A DNA stretch of 64,000 nucleotides from Alloascoidea hylecoeti (Eukaryota). This document shows, one piece after another, positions 21,343 through 34,033 of this stretch. Numbering within the stretch: the stretch's first letter is position 1; each line of letters opens with the position of its first letter. Location of the stretch: the NCBI GenBank assembly GCA_001600815.1, contig BCKZ01000001.1, forward strand, positions 2,132,662 through 2,196,661, in the 5' to 3' direction. The translations under genes were made by a program, and so were the position numbers. Below the pieces are notes generated by a model. It made no database searches. It was given only the letters and a program-made list of their open reading frames with translations, and was not told the DNA's origin.

Positions 21343-22210
21343 TTACAAAGGCTTCAAATGGCATCCTAATAACCCACGACCTTCCCATTGAGAAGGAATT
21401 AAATCTATTTCAACAATACTAGTTGCAGGATCGATAGTTGTTGGCTGTGATCTTATCAATTGGACTTTAATTGATACCTGTATTTAAATGATTAATAATA
21501 TTAATGTTAGTATAAGGTTTATAAAAAAGAATATGTTCATATTTCACTCACATTTTCAGACTTTTGAACCAGTCTTCCAATCATTTTCAAGCCATCATGA
21601 TTCATTGCATGATAACCGCCGAATTCTATAATTTTATCGTTTAATCTTAAACCTGATTTATAAGCTGGTCCATTTTCCGAAATATCATCAATTATCGCAA
21701 ATGGGGTACTGTTTTGATACTTAGTTTCAACTTCAACTTCAATTTCATTTGAACTTGAATTGTTATTATTTTCTGCATAATGCGTTTCCATTTTATTTTG
21801 TATGAGTGAAAGGACATCTTTTAAATCATTTTTTAATCTTATTATTCTTGTTCTTGTTACTCTAACTATTATGATTATGACTGATTAATATAAATGCATA
21901 ATAATAATAATAAAAAGCACCACAAACAACATAAATACATACTTTGCAGAACATCAATATCATCCCGAGGAAAGCCATCTATTGTGACTAATGGTGTATT
22001 CATACCAACATGATTCTATATATACATGTATTAGAAATAATAAAAATGGTGTTGATCATAAATCTAACCGAATAAACTTACATTATCTAAAATGTCAATT
22101 AGTTCGTTCAATTCGTTTTCGATTGTGGTTTTCTGAACCATTAATTGAGATAGATCCAATGATTCAAGATCGGAAACGTTAGAAGTGTGTAGGTTTATAA
22201 TGGAGTCCAT
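21343..22210 (-). CDS. NAS2: Proteasome regulatory particle assembly chaperone Nas2/p27, 4 exons (22210-22082, 22015-21943, 21865-21552, 21477-21343)
   Basis: MNTPLVTIDGFPRDDIDVLQIRVTRTRIIRLKND, PDZ region, C-terminal WEGRGLLGCHL; three GT..AG introns give 216 aa. Confidence 0.92.
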
Positions 22211-22573
22211 GATACTTGTAGACCATCAATTAATAATTAGGTGGAGAGTATGAATATCATACACGTGCTGAATTTGTGTTACCCGGACACGTCTGCAATA
22301 TAAATTTTGCGTGGAAAAAAGATTTTTCTTCTCCATTGGGCACTTCCGCCACACCAGGTATTTCGGTAGATTTACTGCGTGGAAGGAGTTCCTATAAGAA
22401 TACTACTTGTTATTAACCAGCTTTAAAACCATCACAGTCAGGAAGTCTCTGCTTTTTAAAGGCAGATTGAAGTCCCATGAAGCTACGATGACCTTCAGTT
22501 TGGCACATTTATCTATCTATTTTAGTACCTAGTAATTTAATAATATTAATAATTAGTATTGAAATTTGGTGAA

Positions 22574-22627
22574 TGAAAAATTTGTAGGTGTGATTTCAGA
22601 TCCGGGTAAATTGCGTAATGTGAGTCA
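22574..22627 (+). promoter_or_regulatory. LEU4 promoter motifs: RRPE-like, Reb1-like, bZIP and Gcn4 sites
   Basis: TGAAAAATTT 22574-22583, CCGGGTAA 22602-22609, TTGCGTAA 22611-22618, TGAGTCA 22621-22627. Confidence 0.6.
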
Positions 22628-22716
22628 GAATTTTGAAAAATTAGATGTGTGAAAAATATTTAACCACCGTTTCCCCCACTTTTCAATTTAAATTTATTCA
22701 TAAACATTTCTTAAAA

Positions 22717-24471
22717 ATGCTACCCCAACCAATTGGAAAATATACTCCCTTCCCTCAGGTTAATCTGCCAAATCGACAGTGGCCTTCTAAAACTTTGTCA
22801 AAGGCACCTCGTTGGTTAAGTACGGATTTACGAGACGGTAACCAGTCTTTACCCGATCCAATGACTGTTGAAGAGAAAAAAGAATATTTCAATAAATTAG
22901 TCTCCATTGGATTTAAAGAAATTGAGGTCTCTTTTCCATCGGCTTCTCAGATAGACTTTGACTTTACAAGGTTCGCTGTTGAAACTGCACCGGACGATGT
23001 TTGGATCCAAATTCTTGCGCCATGTCGTGAAGACCTAATAAGAAGGTCTGTCGAAGCTTTAAAAGGTGCTAAAAAAGCTATTGTTCATATTTATTTGGCA
23101 TCCTCCGATTTATTCCGAAATGTAGTTTTCAATATGGGTCAAGAAGAAGCTTTAAATTTAGCTGTCAAATGTACAAAATATGTTCGTTCATTAACAAAAG
23201 ATGACCCATCAACAAATGGTACTGAATGGGCTTTTGAATTTTCACCAGAAACTTTTTCTGATACTCCATTAGATTTTTCAATTAAACTTTGTGAAGCTGT
23301 TAAAGAGGCATGGGAACCATCGGAAGAAAATCCAATTATATTTAATTTACCTGCAACGGTTGAAATGTCAACTCCAAATGTTTATGCTGATCAAATTGAA
23401 TATTTTTCAACAAATATAAGTGACAGAAATAAAATTAGTATTTCGGTTCATAATCATAATGATCGTGGCTGTGCTGTTGCTGCTGCTGAATTAGCTCAAC
23501 TAGCTGGTGCTGATAGAGTTGAAGGTTGTTTATTTGGTAATGGTGAAAGAACTGGTAATGTTGATCTGGTAACTTTAGCCTTAAATTTATATACCCAAGG
23601 TATTCATCCAAATCTAGATTTTAGTGATATTAATTCAATCATTGATATCGCTGAAAGATGCAATAAAATTCAAGTTCACCAAAGAGCTCCATATGCTGGT
23701 CAACTGGTTGTTTGTGCGTTTTCTGGTTCTCATCAAGATGCTATAAAGAAAGGTTTTGCTAAAAAGGATAAAAAGAGTGTTAAATGGCAAATTCCTTATT
23801 TACCTTTAGATCCACAAGATATTGGTAGAACTTATGAAGCTATTATTAGAGTCAACTCTCAATCTGGTAAAGGTGGTTCAAGTTGGGTTATTTTACGTGG
23901 TTTAGAATTAGATTTACCAAGAGGTTTACAAGTTGCTTTTAGTAAAGTTGTTCAAAATAAAGCTGAAATTGTTGGTCGTGAATTAAGATCTGAAGAATTA
24001 ATTGATTTATTTAAAAATGAATATTTCTTAGATGATAAAGAACCACAACATTTCGAATTAATTGATTATAATTTAACAAAACCAAATGGTTTAGCAAATG
24101 TGAGAAATATAAGTGCTGTTGTTAGATCAAATGATACAACTGCTGATATACAAGGTACAGGCAATGGTCCAATTTCTGCATTTGCTGATGCTATTTCGCA
24201 ATCATTTAATGTTAATTTAGTTGTTTTACATTATCATGAACATTCTTTAGGTAAAGATTCAAGTTCAAAAGCTGCAACTTATATTGAAGTTAAATATACA
24301 AATGATGAAAATAAAGAATTAACTAAATGGGGTGTTGGAATTCATGAAGATGTTTCCCAAGCTTCAATGGGTGCTTTAATTTCAATTATGAATGGAATTA
24401 ATAGAGATGAGGAAATTAAAATTCAAAATGGAAATGGGAAAATTACAAAAAAGCAAAAAATTGAAAATTAA
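22717..24471 (+). CDS. LEU4: 2-isopropylmalate synthase
   Basis: STDLRDGNQ, FNLPATVEM, HNHNDRG, GERTGNVDL, FSGSHQDAIKKG, RVNSQSGKGG. In-frame upstream ATG at 22645; 22717 has AAAAATG context. Confidence 0.95.
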   Translation: MLPQPIGKYTPFPQVNLPNRQWPSKTLSKAPRWLSTDLRDGNQSLPDPMTVEEKKEYFNKLVSIGFKEIEVSFPSASQIDFDFTRFAVETAPDDVWIQILAPCREDLIRRSVEALKGAKKAIVHIYLASSDLFRNVVFNMGQEEALNLAVKCTKYVRSLTKDDPSTNGTEWAFEFSPETFSDTPLDFSIKLCEAVKEAWEPSEENPIIFNLPATVEMSTPNVYADQIEYFSTNISDRNKISISVHNHNDRGCAVAAAELAQLAGADRVEGCLFGNGERTGNVDLVTLALNLYTQGIHPNLDFSDINSIIDIAERCNKIQVHQRAPYAGQLVVCAFSGSHQDAIKKGFAKKDKKSVKWQIPYLPLDPQDIGRTYEAIIRVNSQSGKGGSSWVILRGLELDLPRGLQVAFSKVVQNKAEIVGRELRSEELIDLFKNEYFLDDKEPQHFELIDYNLTKPNGLANVRNISAVVRSNDTTADIQGTGNGPISAFADAISQSFNVNLVVLHYHEHSLGKDSSSKAATYIEVKYTNDENKELTKWGVGIHEDVSQASMGALISIMNGINRDEEIKIQNGNGKITKKQKIEN

Positions 24472-25026
24472 ACAATAATAATTAGACAATAAAATGCAAA
24501 AGCTTAAGGGAATTCGGAAAAGAAACTATATTAAAATGTGTATATTCTATAGATAAGTAATTTAACTGGATAAGAAAATAATTATAAATCATATTAGTAT
24601 TACAAACCAATTAACCTTTAATTGCTATGGCTTCAGGAATAATATCAATCGAATTGCAATAAATTCTATGGGTAGCCATTTCAACTAAATATTAGGCCAT
24701 GATGATTTCTAAATTCCTACATAATCATCGGGCTCATATAAGGAGGCTTATGTCTAATTTACAGGCTCTTATTACCCCAAGCTTTCATATCCCTGAATAA
24801 TACATGTACAGTATATATCAATATTATTGGGACATACCGATATTAATGCGACCGAAAATCAGATGTGTTAATGGCCAAATATTTAGTAGAAACGTAAATG
24901 TAGAAGGTAGAAGAGTAGCCGAGATGAAGTAGAATCACAGTGCTGTATTAAAAAACTTACTCTAACTAATATACGAATAACAGTCGCAATGTCTAGATTG
25001 TGTCAATATTAGGATATACTATTACT

Positions 25027-27741
25027 TTATATCTGACTGTCACTTTCTGGATCAACACCAATATCATGAAGAAAAGGATCATTGATCTTAGCAGCAGCAG
25101 TCGTATAATTCAATAGAGAAGAAATAGCTGATTCACTTTGAAATAACGAATTTACATCTGTTATAGTTCCATCATTTACCTCTTGTTCAAATAAACCTTC
25201 CCAGAATGAAGGGTCTGAGTAAATCTCATTCGGATTTGCTAGTTTCAATCTTTTATTTTCATGGATTTTTTGATCAAACAGAGAGGGTTCTGTGGTCAGG
25301 CTACTTTCATTCTCTTCTTCAGGACATTTATGTTTTCCTGGTGATATATCCTCATCAGTGTTATTTTCTTGCGATTGCTGTTCTTGTTCTTCCTTGCTTT
25401 GCTTTTCAATGATGCATATAATTGACCATAAAACATAAGCCAACCTCCAACTTTGAACATATGTATTTGAAAAGGTTTTTAAAACCATATAGAATTCCTT
25501 AATATATTTGGTTAAAGATTTTAATGAAGCCGAAGCAATCTCATTTTTAAAAAGTGAATATAACCTTCCAGATCGAAATTCTTTATTCAATGGAATTTTA
25601 TTAATGAACTCAATTGTAACAGATTCCGATGAATGATTAGGAGTCTCAATTTTTTTCTTTCCTTCTTTATTATAATTATCAATATTAACAACTGATTTTG
25701 AAATAAGTAATGAAGTTATGAATTGAACTACTCTTAACATATTCCTTGTAAGAACAGGAACTAAAATTGTTATAGTTTCTAATCCAAAATATTTTTCACA
25801 ATTATTTAAAGCTTCTAATGATATGTACAAAACAATTAAAGCAGTCATTGTTCCATTTTCTAAATAAAACTTTTGTTTTGACTCTTCAGTACCTTTTGAA
25901 TTCAAATATAACATATAGTAGCAAATATGCAATTCAGCAAGACATAACACCATATATTGTAAATATGATGCTCTTACAGATTCAGTTTCTTCATTTTCGA
26001 TAAAAATTTCTGAAATTGGTGGGAAATGAACTTCAAGTATTGAAGTTAAATCATTAACAAAACATTCAACATCTAATCTTCTAGGAGGATTAGAAACATT
26101 CATTAATAAACTTGAACCTCCCCTTAAAACTTTTGAAAGTTCATATATTATATTGTAAAATGATTTTCTTTTATATTCACAAGAATTATTCATATCCCCT
26201 TCTTTATATTGATAAGGGGGTGATGTATCAGAATTACAATCATTTAACATTAAAGGACGACCTAAATGACATGATTGAATTGCATCAGATAATGTAACAT
26301 ATGCCCAGATTTTCCTACGCCAATACTTAGTCTTTGGATCAGTTATATGAAGAACATCAGGATCTCTGTGTAAATTTATTCCACATGCCAGATCACATAT
26401 TTTACCAAGTAAAACTGTACTTTCTTCAACATCAAATCCATCGCCATCTTCGGGTGCGATTAACCGATAGTTATGTAACATTAGTAGATATTGAAGTTGT
26501 AGCGGTATATTGATGATGGTTTCTCCTGATTCATTTATATCATGAGTTGATAACTCTAGTGATATTTCGACAAATTCAGGATCAATATAGACTTTATCGG
26601 CATATAAATCGATGAATTTCTGATATTTGTGAGATTTAAATAATTTTTGCAAGTCAAGATTCGGGTTTGTAACTATGATACGGGTGAAAGGCAAACTAAG
26701 GTAACCCAATCGGAGTGTCAATAGAAGTATGGATAACGTCACATAACCGTCATAATTAGTATCATGTTGTTTTGTAGCATCAATATTAAATTTATATCTA
26801 TTATTGCTAATTATTGAGATCTTTTTAAAATTATTTTCAAATGTTTCTTTACTAATTATACCCCATGCAAATTCATAAATTTTCCAATAATTTTCAATTA
26901 ATAAATCACATTCATTTGCATTTGGTAGCATATCTTCGGCTAGTTTAACCAAATCACCTGGACCCTCAGCATTAGCCAACCATTGACGAGTACGAGGACA
27001 AAAATCGGGGCCTGTACCTCTTTTAGCAGGACATTGATTTGCAGCAGAAATATGACAGACTATCGAGTGATCTTCAGGAATTAGTTTTCTCTTTGCAATT
27101 TTATTTCGGGCTGTTTCAACTGCTGTTTGAACATCGTGTAATGTTGGATCATTTGAAAGAATTGAAGAACTACTTGTTCCGCCATAATATGTAGTATAAT
27201 CTTTCTCAATATTTAAGGATTCGAATGAAGATATCATATTCATAATTGGATTGATTATATTTTCATCTGTATTTGTAGTTTCTTGTTCTAAAATGCTTTG
27301 TTTTTGTTTCTTCGCTCCTAATAGTTTTTCCAAAAGTTGAATTCGATCAGCTAACTCTTTATTTTCTTTTATTAGTTTTGCTTCTCGTTCTCTCTCCTCA
27401 GTACTGGTAATATCAGGTGTTTTATGTACAATATTTTGTGATTTATCTGGATTAACTTGCTTTTTGGAATGTGGAGTAATTGATGGATCTAATTCAGGTG
27501 AATCTTTCTTTCTATAAGTATATGGATTACAATCATAAGAACAAATATGAGAGAATCCTAGTTTTGTGCAATTCCCGCATGCTGGTTTGACTTTATCACA
27601 CTATTTACAATTATCATTAGCCTTTTAAAAACGAAGTATTAATATTAATATAGTTTGACATACCTTAACTCTTCTCTTTCGACATATTAAACAGGAAGTC
27701 CATTTTTTTCTCGTTTCACTAATATGCTTAACATCTTCCAT
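25027..27741 (-). CDS. Zn(II)2Cys6 transcription factor with fungal TF middle domain (Hap1/Mrr1-like), 2 exons (27741-27664, 27600-25027), 883 aa
   Basis: Spliced cluster SCLICRKRRVK|CDKVKPACGNCTKLGFSHICSY; YRLIAPEDGDG, INLHRDP, WRRKIW. Confidence 0.88.
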
Positions 27742-28128
27742 AATTTTTTATAAATTAGTATTTTATTCCTCGATATTTATTTGTTACAATAAATATATGA
27801 AATCTTCTAATCATCAATCGCAAGAAAGCGTAATTAAATACACCGTGATTAGCGATCCGGCCGAAAAGATTATGAATTGGGTCCTAATCACGTGCCTGAA
27901 TATGCACCGATATCTGGTATGCAATGATGCATACTCAAACGTCAATACATGTTGCAATTGACATATAAATACATGTATATAATTACGCACTTTTTAATTT
28001 TTTTTCTGAGATTCTTATAAACTTATTATGACACAAAGATAAATATGTAGTTATGTGTTATATATTTAATTATAAGATGATTAAAGCTATTAAATTGCTA
28101 TAGCTGTCAATGTTATATTCAATGCAGG

Positions 28129-29450
28129 GACATCAAGGTCTTTGCATCCAATTGCCCAATGGGATACCATTTAATGTATGCGCATATGCACAATATAATA
28201 TTCGCTAAATTGTATAGCTGTGTTTCGTATATTTTAACTGCAAATCAGCCAGCTAATTAGAAGTTGATTCATCACACGAATTGTTATAATTTATAATTAG
28301 GTAGTTAGAATGATGTTAATCAAGAACAAGAGATAAATTTTGCAGAAACATATGATTTATAAAGAAACTCAATTATAATTAATTGCATCTTGGATGTGAT
28401 AAAAAACAACCACGCTCGATTTATTGGAATCAATCATTTAAGAAGTAGTTGGTAGGTTATTGTATATTACAAGTAGATTACTATGGTATAGTTAGAATGA
28501 TGTGACTGTGGTATGAGTTACATAACAATGGTTACTCTAAGATTAATCAAATTTGTAATTGAATCATGGAACTTTGGAATAAATTATCGTTTGATTTATA
28601 TCTGATTATACATATAATTAAATAGAAATATTTAATAAACAAATGAAAGAAATTTCTTTGAATTTTGACTTCAAATCTAAAGGGTTATTAAATTTATATG
28701 GTATACCATCAATCATAGTACTACAACAGAAGAACACAACGCTTAAAACTTCTTATAGGTTCAGTGATAATAGCTACATGTAGAGATGTACGTGTCTCCC
28801 GGCTGATTTCTGTTCATTTATGTCTTCAGTATTTTTTAATATTTTTTAAGCGTATCATTTCCAAGTAGTTTTTTCCGTTTGTTGAGGTCAACCATACCCT
28901 TTAAATAGGGTTCTACCAAATGTGCTATATGTTTCCTATTCATTTGCATGATGTTGAACTCTGAATCTTCTTTAATCATGATTAGTCTTCAAGAATTTTC
29001 GAGTTTGCTCCATACTTAAATGCTGAATCATTGACGTTATCATCGATTTAATATTTGGGTTTGGTCTTATTTGAGAGCTAAATCAAAATGACTAATTCTA
29101 CAGTTACAGTTAGTGCACTAATAATTTACCGCTGTAAAGACTAAACAATTGGATTCAGGTAGACTTAAAACAACTGAGTTGAGCTATCAATGTCCTTGGA
29201 ACAATTGGAACGAAGTAAGAAAAACTATTGGTACATTTCCAACTATCATATTTACAAAATATTCAAGATAAAACTTAAACGGACCAAGTCTACTCTTTCA
29301 TTAGCTCATAAATGTTAACGATCCTATTTCAAATTATAAATGGGCAGATTTTATATTAATATTATACCTGGGAAAGATATGGGTAGTATATCTGATTTTA
29401 CTTCAGTTGCTGTTTCTTCACGATCTATTGGCACTTTTACTCATAACGTC
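28129..29450 (+). mobile_element. Heavily decayed Ty3/gypsy-like pol (RT-RNase H) relic
   Basis: Collinear broken peptides resembling gypsy motifs: DIKVFASNCPMGY, VIKFIWYTIN, QRLKLLIGSV, LGLVLFE, SGRLKTTELSY...IGTFPTIIFT, YINIIPGKD. Many stops and frameshifts; no LTR recognised. Confidence 0.4.
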
Positions 29451-31796
29451 GTCTACAATCAACAAACTAATATATCTAATATATGCTCGACGACCTTTCT
29501 ATAAGGCCAAGTTAACCATCTCAAACCAATTTAACCCCACATTAATCTAAACAAATACAATAGTACCATAGTGAAAATTTCACTAAGGTTTATTCCTAAA
29601 TTAATAGTTAAAAGAAAATTCAGTTCTTTCCAAAACTAAGTAATTATAATATGATTCTGTCTTGTATATTCATCATTTGATGTTGTTTTATTTTATAATT
29701 GAAGTATAAGCCTATATTTTGGTGAGCCAAGCCCTCATCAATATAAGGTTACATATATATATGCCTAATAATCATTGCCTGTATATATATACTCTTTCAT
29801 TTTGATAGGTCTCCTTGGTCATTTTCATAAATAAAGTTTAGCCATGATGTTGTAGATATGAAATTTATATTTGTAGTTAAGCTTTGAGAATCCAGAGGAG
29901 GGAGAGTTGAGGAATTCTATCAGACTGATTTTACCTCACTACCAACAAATATTAACATTTCCTTATGACTACTATTAAAATTAACCGTGATCCAATTGTA
30001 TAGTGTTGATATTGTACTAATTATATTCATATTATAGACAATAATTAGTGTACTGTCTATATTAAGCAAAATTTAGAGTGCTCGAGATTTCTCTCTACCA
30101 AAATGCGCAGAAGTAATATTGATAAATTTCGGAGTAAATCTTAGAAATAAGGAAACTGAAGTCATTAAGCTTCATTAGTAATTTGTAGTAACTTCCACTG
30201 TCATGATGCTGTTGAGGATATAACTATTATACCATCTGCTTGTATGCATCGCATATACATTTATGAGCGGCACGACAATCCAGGCACTTTTTCACATTCA
30301 AAACACGATTATCCATACTCTTTATATTTTATTTTCATAATTAATTACCCCTTTAATAAATAACCAATAGAGATTCTTAATTTTGTTATTTATAATCTTT
30401 ACTCAAGCTCAAATAAGCTAGAAAACTTAAGCGCCAATCTTGCAATTGATATCTATAATTATTTCTAATATTAATATAGACCATTATATTAGAATATATC
30501 TTATAATTATAAGTTATATGTCTATAGAAAGATGGGATCCGGAAAAATAGTATTATAATATGTTGGATATTCTATATATTACACTCTTAGAATAGTTCAC
30601 TAAAGAGTCGATTGGCTCTTTGGTGCAACTGGGAGAACAGGCATTTTGAACTTTAATATAATATTTAGTATTGCTGCATTATAGTATACCACCACAATAA
30701 CTGATGAGTAGCATCGCGCGACTTTTTCGTGTAACTGGTTCTAAAACATCTTAATTTTGTTTAGTATACGACTAAGTTTCATTGAATTTTGTCCTACATG
30801 GGATATACATATTATAATATATATGCTTCGTTAAATATATAAGCTTTAGGTTAATATAATTATATTAGGTCTATGTAAACAATTGAATATATATATTATA
30901 TACCTATAGATAACAATATATTAACTATAAAAACTGTAAGCCTATAACTTATAATAATCAGTAATTGAATATATGCAGTTGCAACGTATATCGATATATT
31001 CGCGATCAACTGTAATAATGTTTCATCTTCGGTATTTCCTTATATGTTTAAGAGATGTTATGAACTGATGATACCTAGATAATTATTATAAATATTGAAA
31101 GTTAAACAGATGTACACACAAATAATTTGTATCATAGATAAAAGCTCGAGCTCTATGTATTCTTCCCTAGAGGTGATACCTATAACAGTAGTTAACGTTG
31201 CAACGTTGAACAAGCTATGTATACTAACACATTACAATTGTGATGGAAACTTTAATTTTACGTATTTACGCATGCGAAGATATGGCCAAGCTTAAATAAG
31301 CTTATAGAGTAATCGTACCCGTAAAAGCCGCCCTTTAATACAATTAATGTTTTAGATAATTCATCCTGCATGATTATCCGTAGGCAGTTAACCAAGAACA
31401 CCTAGATTTACCACTAATCGTTGTATAGGTATAACTTTTAGTATTAAATTACCATTAATATAATACGAATAAACCTATATATCTTCAAGGGACATGATGT
31501 GATTCATAAGCTTATAATACAAGCCTTAAATTTGAAACAGTTTAAAATATGTTTCCCCATTAACTAAATCTATAATAATAAAACAATAGTATAATAGTGA
31601 TTAAAACTGGTATCCGAAATAACCTCATTATATTATATTCTGCATTTATTTTACAATTATATAAAATTAGAAAGAAATTTATATATAAATATCAGAGTAT
31701 TTCTTTTTCTATTAACTCATTCTATAAAGTATTCAAGTATTTATTCATACTTATATAAGCTTATACTTGTCAATTTCAATCTTTTAAGTCTAAAAA

Positions 31797-32900
31797 ATGA
31801 AATTATCTGCCTTAATCACCGGATTTTGCTTTATGCTGATGAGCGAAGCTGCTCCTAATGAACTTGATAAGAGATCAAGCTCATGTACCATCAGTGGTAC
31901 ATCTATCAGTAATGTTGATACAGTTAAAAGTTCTTGTACTAGCATTATTGTTTCTGGTTTAACCGTTCCTGCTGGTAAAACTCTTGATCTTACTGGATTA
32001 AAAACTGGTACAACAGTTACTTTCCAAGGAACTACAACTTTTGGTTATAAAGAATGGGAAGGTCCATTGATCTCTGTTGCAGGTACAAATATTAAAGTTG
32101 TTGGTGCTTCTGGAAATGTTATTAACGGTAACGGAGCCAAATGGTGGGATGGTAAAGGATCAAATGGAGGTAAGACAAAGCCAAAGTTTTTTTATGCCCA
32201 TAAAATGTACAGTTCTAGTATCACTGGATTGAATATTAAGAACTCGCCTGTTCAAGTGTTCTCAATTAACAATTCCAAAAAATTGACATTATCAAGTATT
32301 ACGATTGATAACACCGATGGTGATGTCACCAATGGTGGTCATAATACCGATGCTTTTGATGTTGGTTCATCAGATACCATTACCATTACTGGAGCTAAAG
32401 TTTACAATCAAGATGATTGTTTAGCTGTCAATTCAGGCACTAATATTGTTTTCAAGAGTGGTTACTGTTCTGGTGGTCATGGTATCTCAATTGGCTCAGT
32501 TGGCGGCAGATCCAACAATGTTGTTAAGGGAGTTACCATCAGTGATTCAACAGTCATCAATTCTGATAATGGTGTTCGTGTTAAGACAGTCTATGGGGCT
32601 ACTGGTTCGGTATCTGATGTTACTTACAGTGGAATTACTCTTAAGAATATTGCTAAATATGGTATTGTAATTGAAGGAGATTACAAAAATGGATCTCCAA
32701 CCGGTACACCAACTTCAGGTGTTCCAATTACAGGATTGACCTTAAAGAATGTTAAAGGTACGGTTAAGAGTTCAGGTACCAATATTTATATCTTGGTTAA
32801 GGGTGCTTCTGACTGGACATGGTCTGGAATCAGTGTTACAGGTGGTAAGACATCTACTAAATGTACGGGTATTCCAAGTGGGTCAGGCGCCTCATGTTAG
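31797..32900 (+). CDS. PGU1: Secreted endopolygalacturonase (GH28)
   Basis: Signal peptide, Kex2 KR site, catalytic motifs NTD, QDD, GHG and RVK; ends [10 protein letters not shown]; intronless; TATA element near 31683. Confidence 0.95.
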   Translation: MKLSALITGFCFMLMSEAAPNELDKRSSSCTISGTSISNVDTVKSSCTSIIVSGLTVPAGKTLDLTGLKTGTTVTFQGTTTFGYKEWEGPLISVAGTNIKVVGASGNVINGNGAKWWDGKGSNGGKTKPKFFYAHKMYSSSITGLNIKNSPVQVFSINNSKKLTLSSITIDNTDGDVTNGGHNTDAFDVGSSDTITITGAKVYNQDDCLAVNSGTNIVFKSGYCSGGHGISIGSVGGRSNNVVKGVTISDSTVINSDNGVRVKTVYGATGSVSDVTYSGITLKNIAKYGIVIEGDYKNGSPTGTPTSGVPITGLTLKNVKGTVKSSGTNIYILVKGASDWTWSGISVTGGKTSTKCTGIPSGSGASC

Positions 32901-33520
32901 TTTTTCTTTATCACGAAGTAGATTTAGGGGTTTTAACTATAATGATAATACTTGGTATATGAAGTCTTTATCTTCTTAACAGCTCTAACATATTTACTTA
33001 CTGCTTACTATAAATATATAAATTTGGATTTTAAAAACAGTTTTATATGTGGTATAGGGATTACTTCAATTTTAAATCATTTATTTCTTATTCAAAAGCT
33101 AACTGTAAGGTGTATATGTAGATAAACTTAGTGATTAATTTTCAAGAGGAGTAGAAGCAAAATTGGAACGTGGTAACGAGATCATTAGTACTATATTTTG
33201 TTTCAGATGTCTGAATCTAGAATCTATACATAGAAGACTAGAAAACTTTGAAATTATAGTTTCAGTAATTAATACTTACTACAGATATTACAGTTAAATG
33301 TAATATCAGATAGTTGTGTGAGACTAAGAAACAATTTCGCAATTTTTACAATTACCACATATCTAGAATATATGTAAATAGTTGAATTGGTTCTAGTAAA
33401 GGTTTTATGGAAACGTATTTTGAGTATATACCTTATTATGATCCTCATACATAATATTGTTTTTTCTTGATTTTCTTGGTAATTCATTAACGACGGATAC
33501 ATAATTTGGAGGCTCACTAA

Positions 33521-33645
33521 CAAAATATCAAATATTGATTTAACACTAGGAATTTAATTTGGCGGATCTTATGAACTACAAATATTTGCTACGTTACTTA
33601 AGCTTCAATTGAGTTCCTGATGTTAAATCAATATTTGATATTTGG
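33521..33645. repeat. Short inverted repeat / hairpin
   Basis: AAATATCAAATATTGATTTAACA (33523-33545) is the exact reverse complement of 33621-33643. Imperfect pairing continues ~14 nt inward; loop ~47 nt. Confidence 0.9.
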
Positions 33646-34033
33646 CTGTACCAATTATTTTTCAAACTTGTGCACTAGATAGTAGACTAATAAGTGGAAA
33701 ATTGTGTTTGACAATAAACTAATTGTACATCGGATTATCTGATGGAACTGAACAAATGGTTCGCAGTGAATGTGACGATTTAGTTTCAATTTTTTGACTT
33801 ATGACAGAGTTTTGACGAATGTTTACTACAAAAACCCTCTCAAGTGTATTTGTGTAACACGTCGTTAATAATAATTCGAATGAATGTACAATATGTTCCG
33901 AAATATATAGAATATTTTTCCGGTTACCGAAATTAAGTAATTCTCGTCTAAAGTAGCCATGGGCCGATTTATGATTATAATTTAGCTATAACTATAGCTA
34001 CTGTGATTCTTATAAACCAATATAATTTATTTT

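Noticed and set aside
24695..24800. ATGATGA...CTGA as a possible box C/D snoRNA
   Set aside because: No terminal stem and no rRNA guide I could recognise; needs snoscan.
27888..27895. ATCACGTG as point-centromere CDEI (also near 59684)
   Set aside because: Not followed by an AT-rich CDEII and CDEIII; more likely ordinary bHLH promoter sites.
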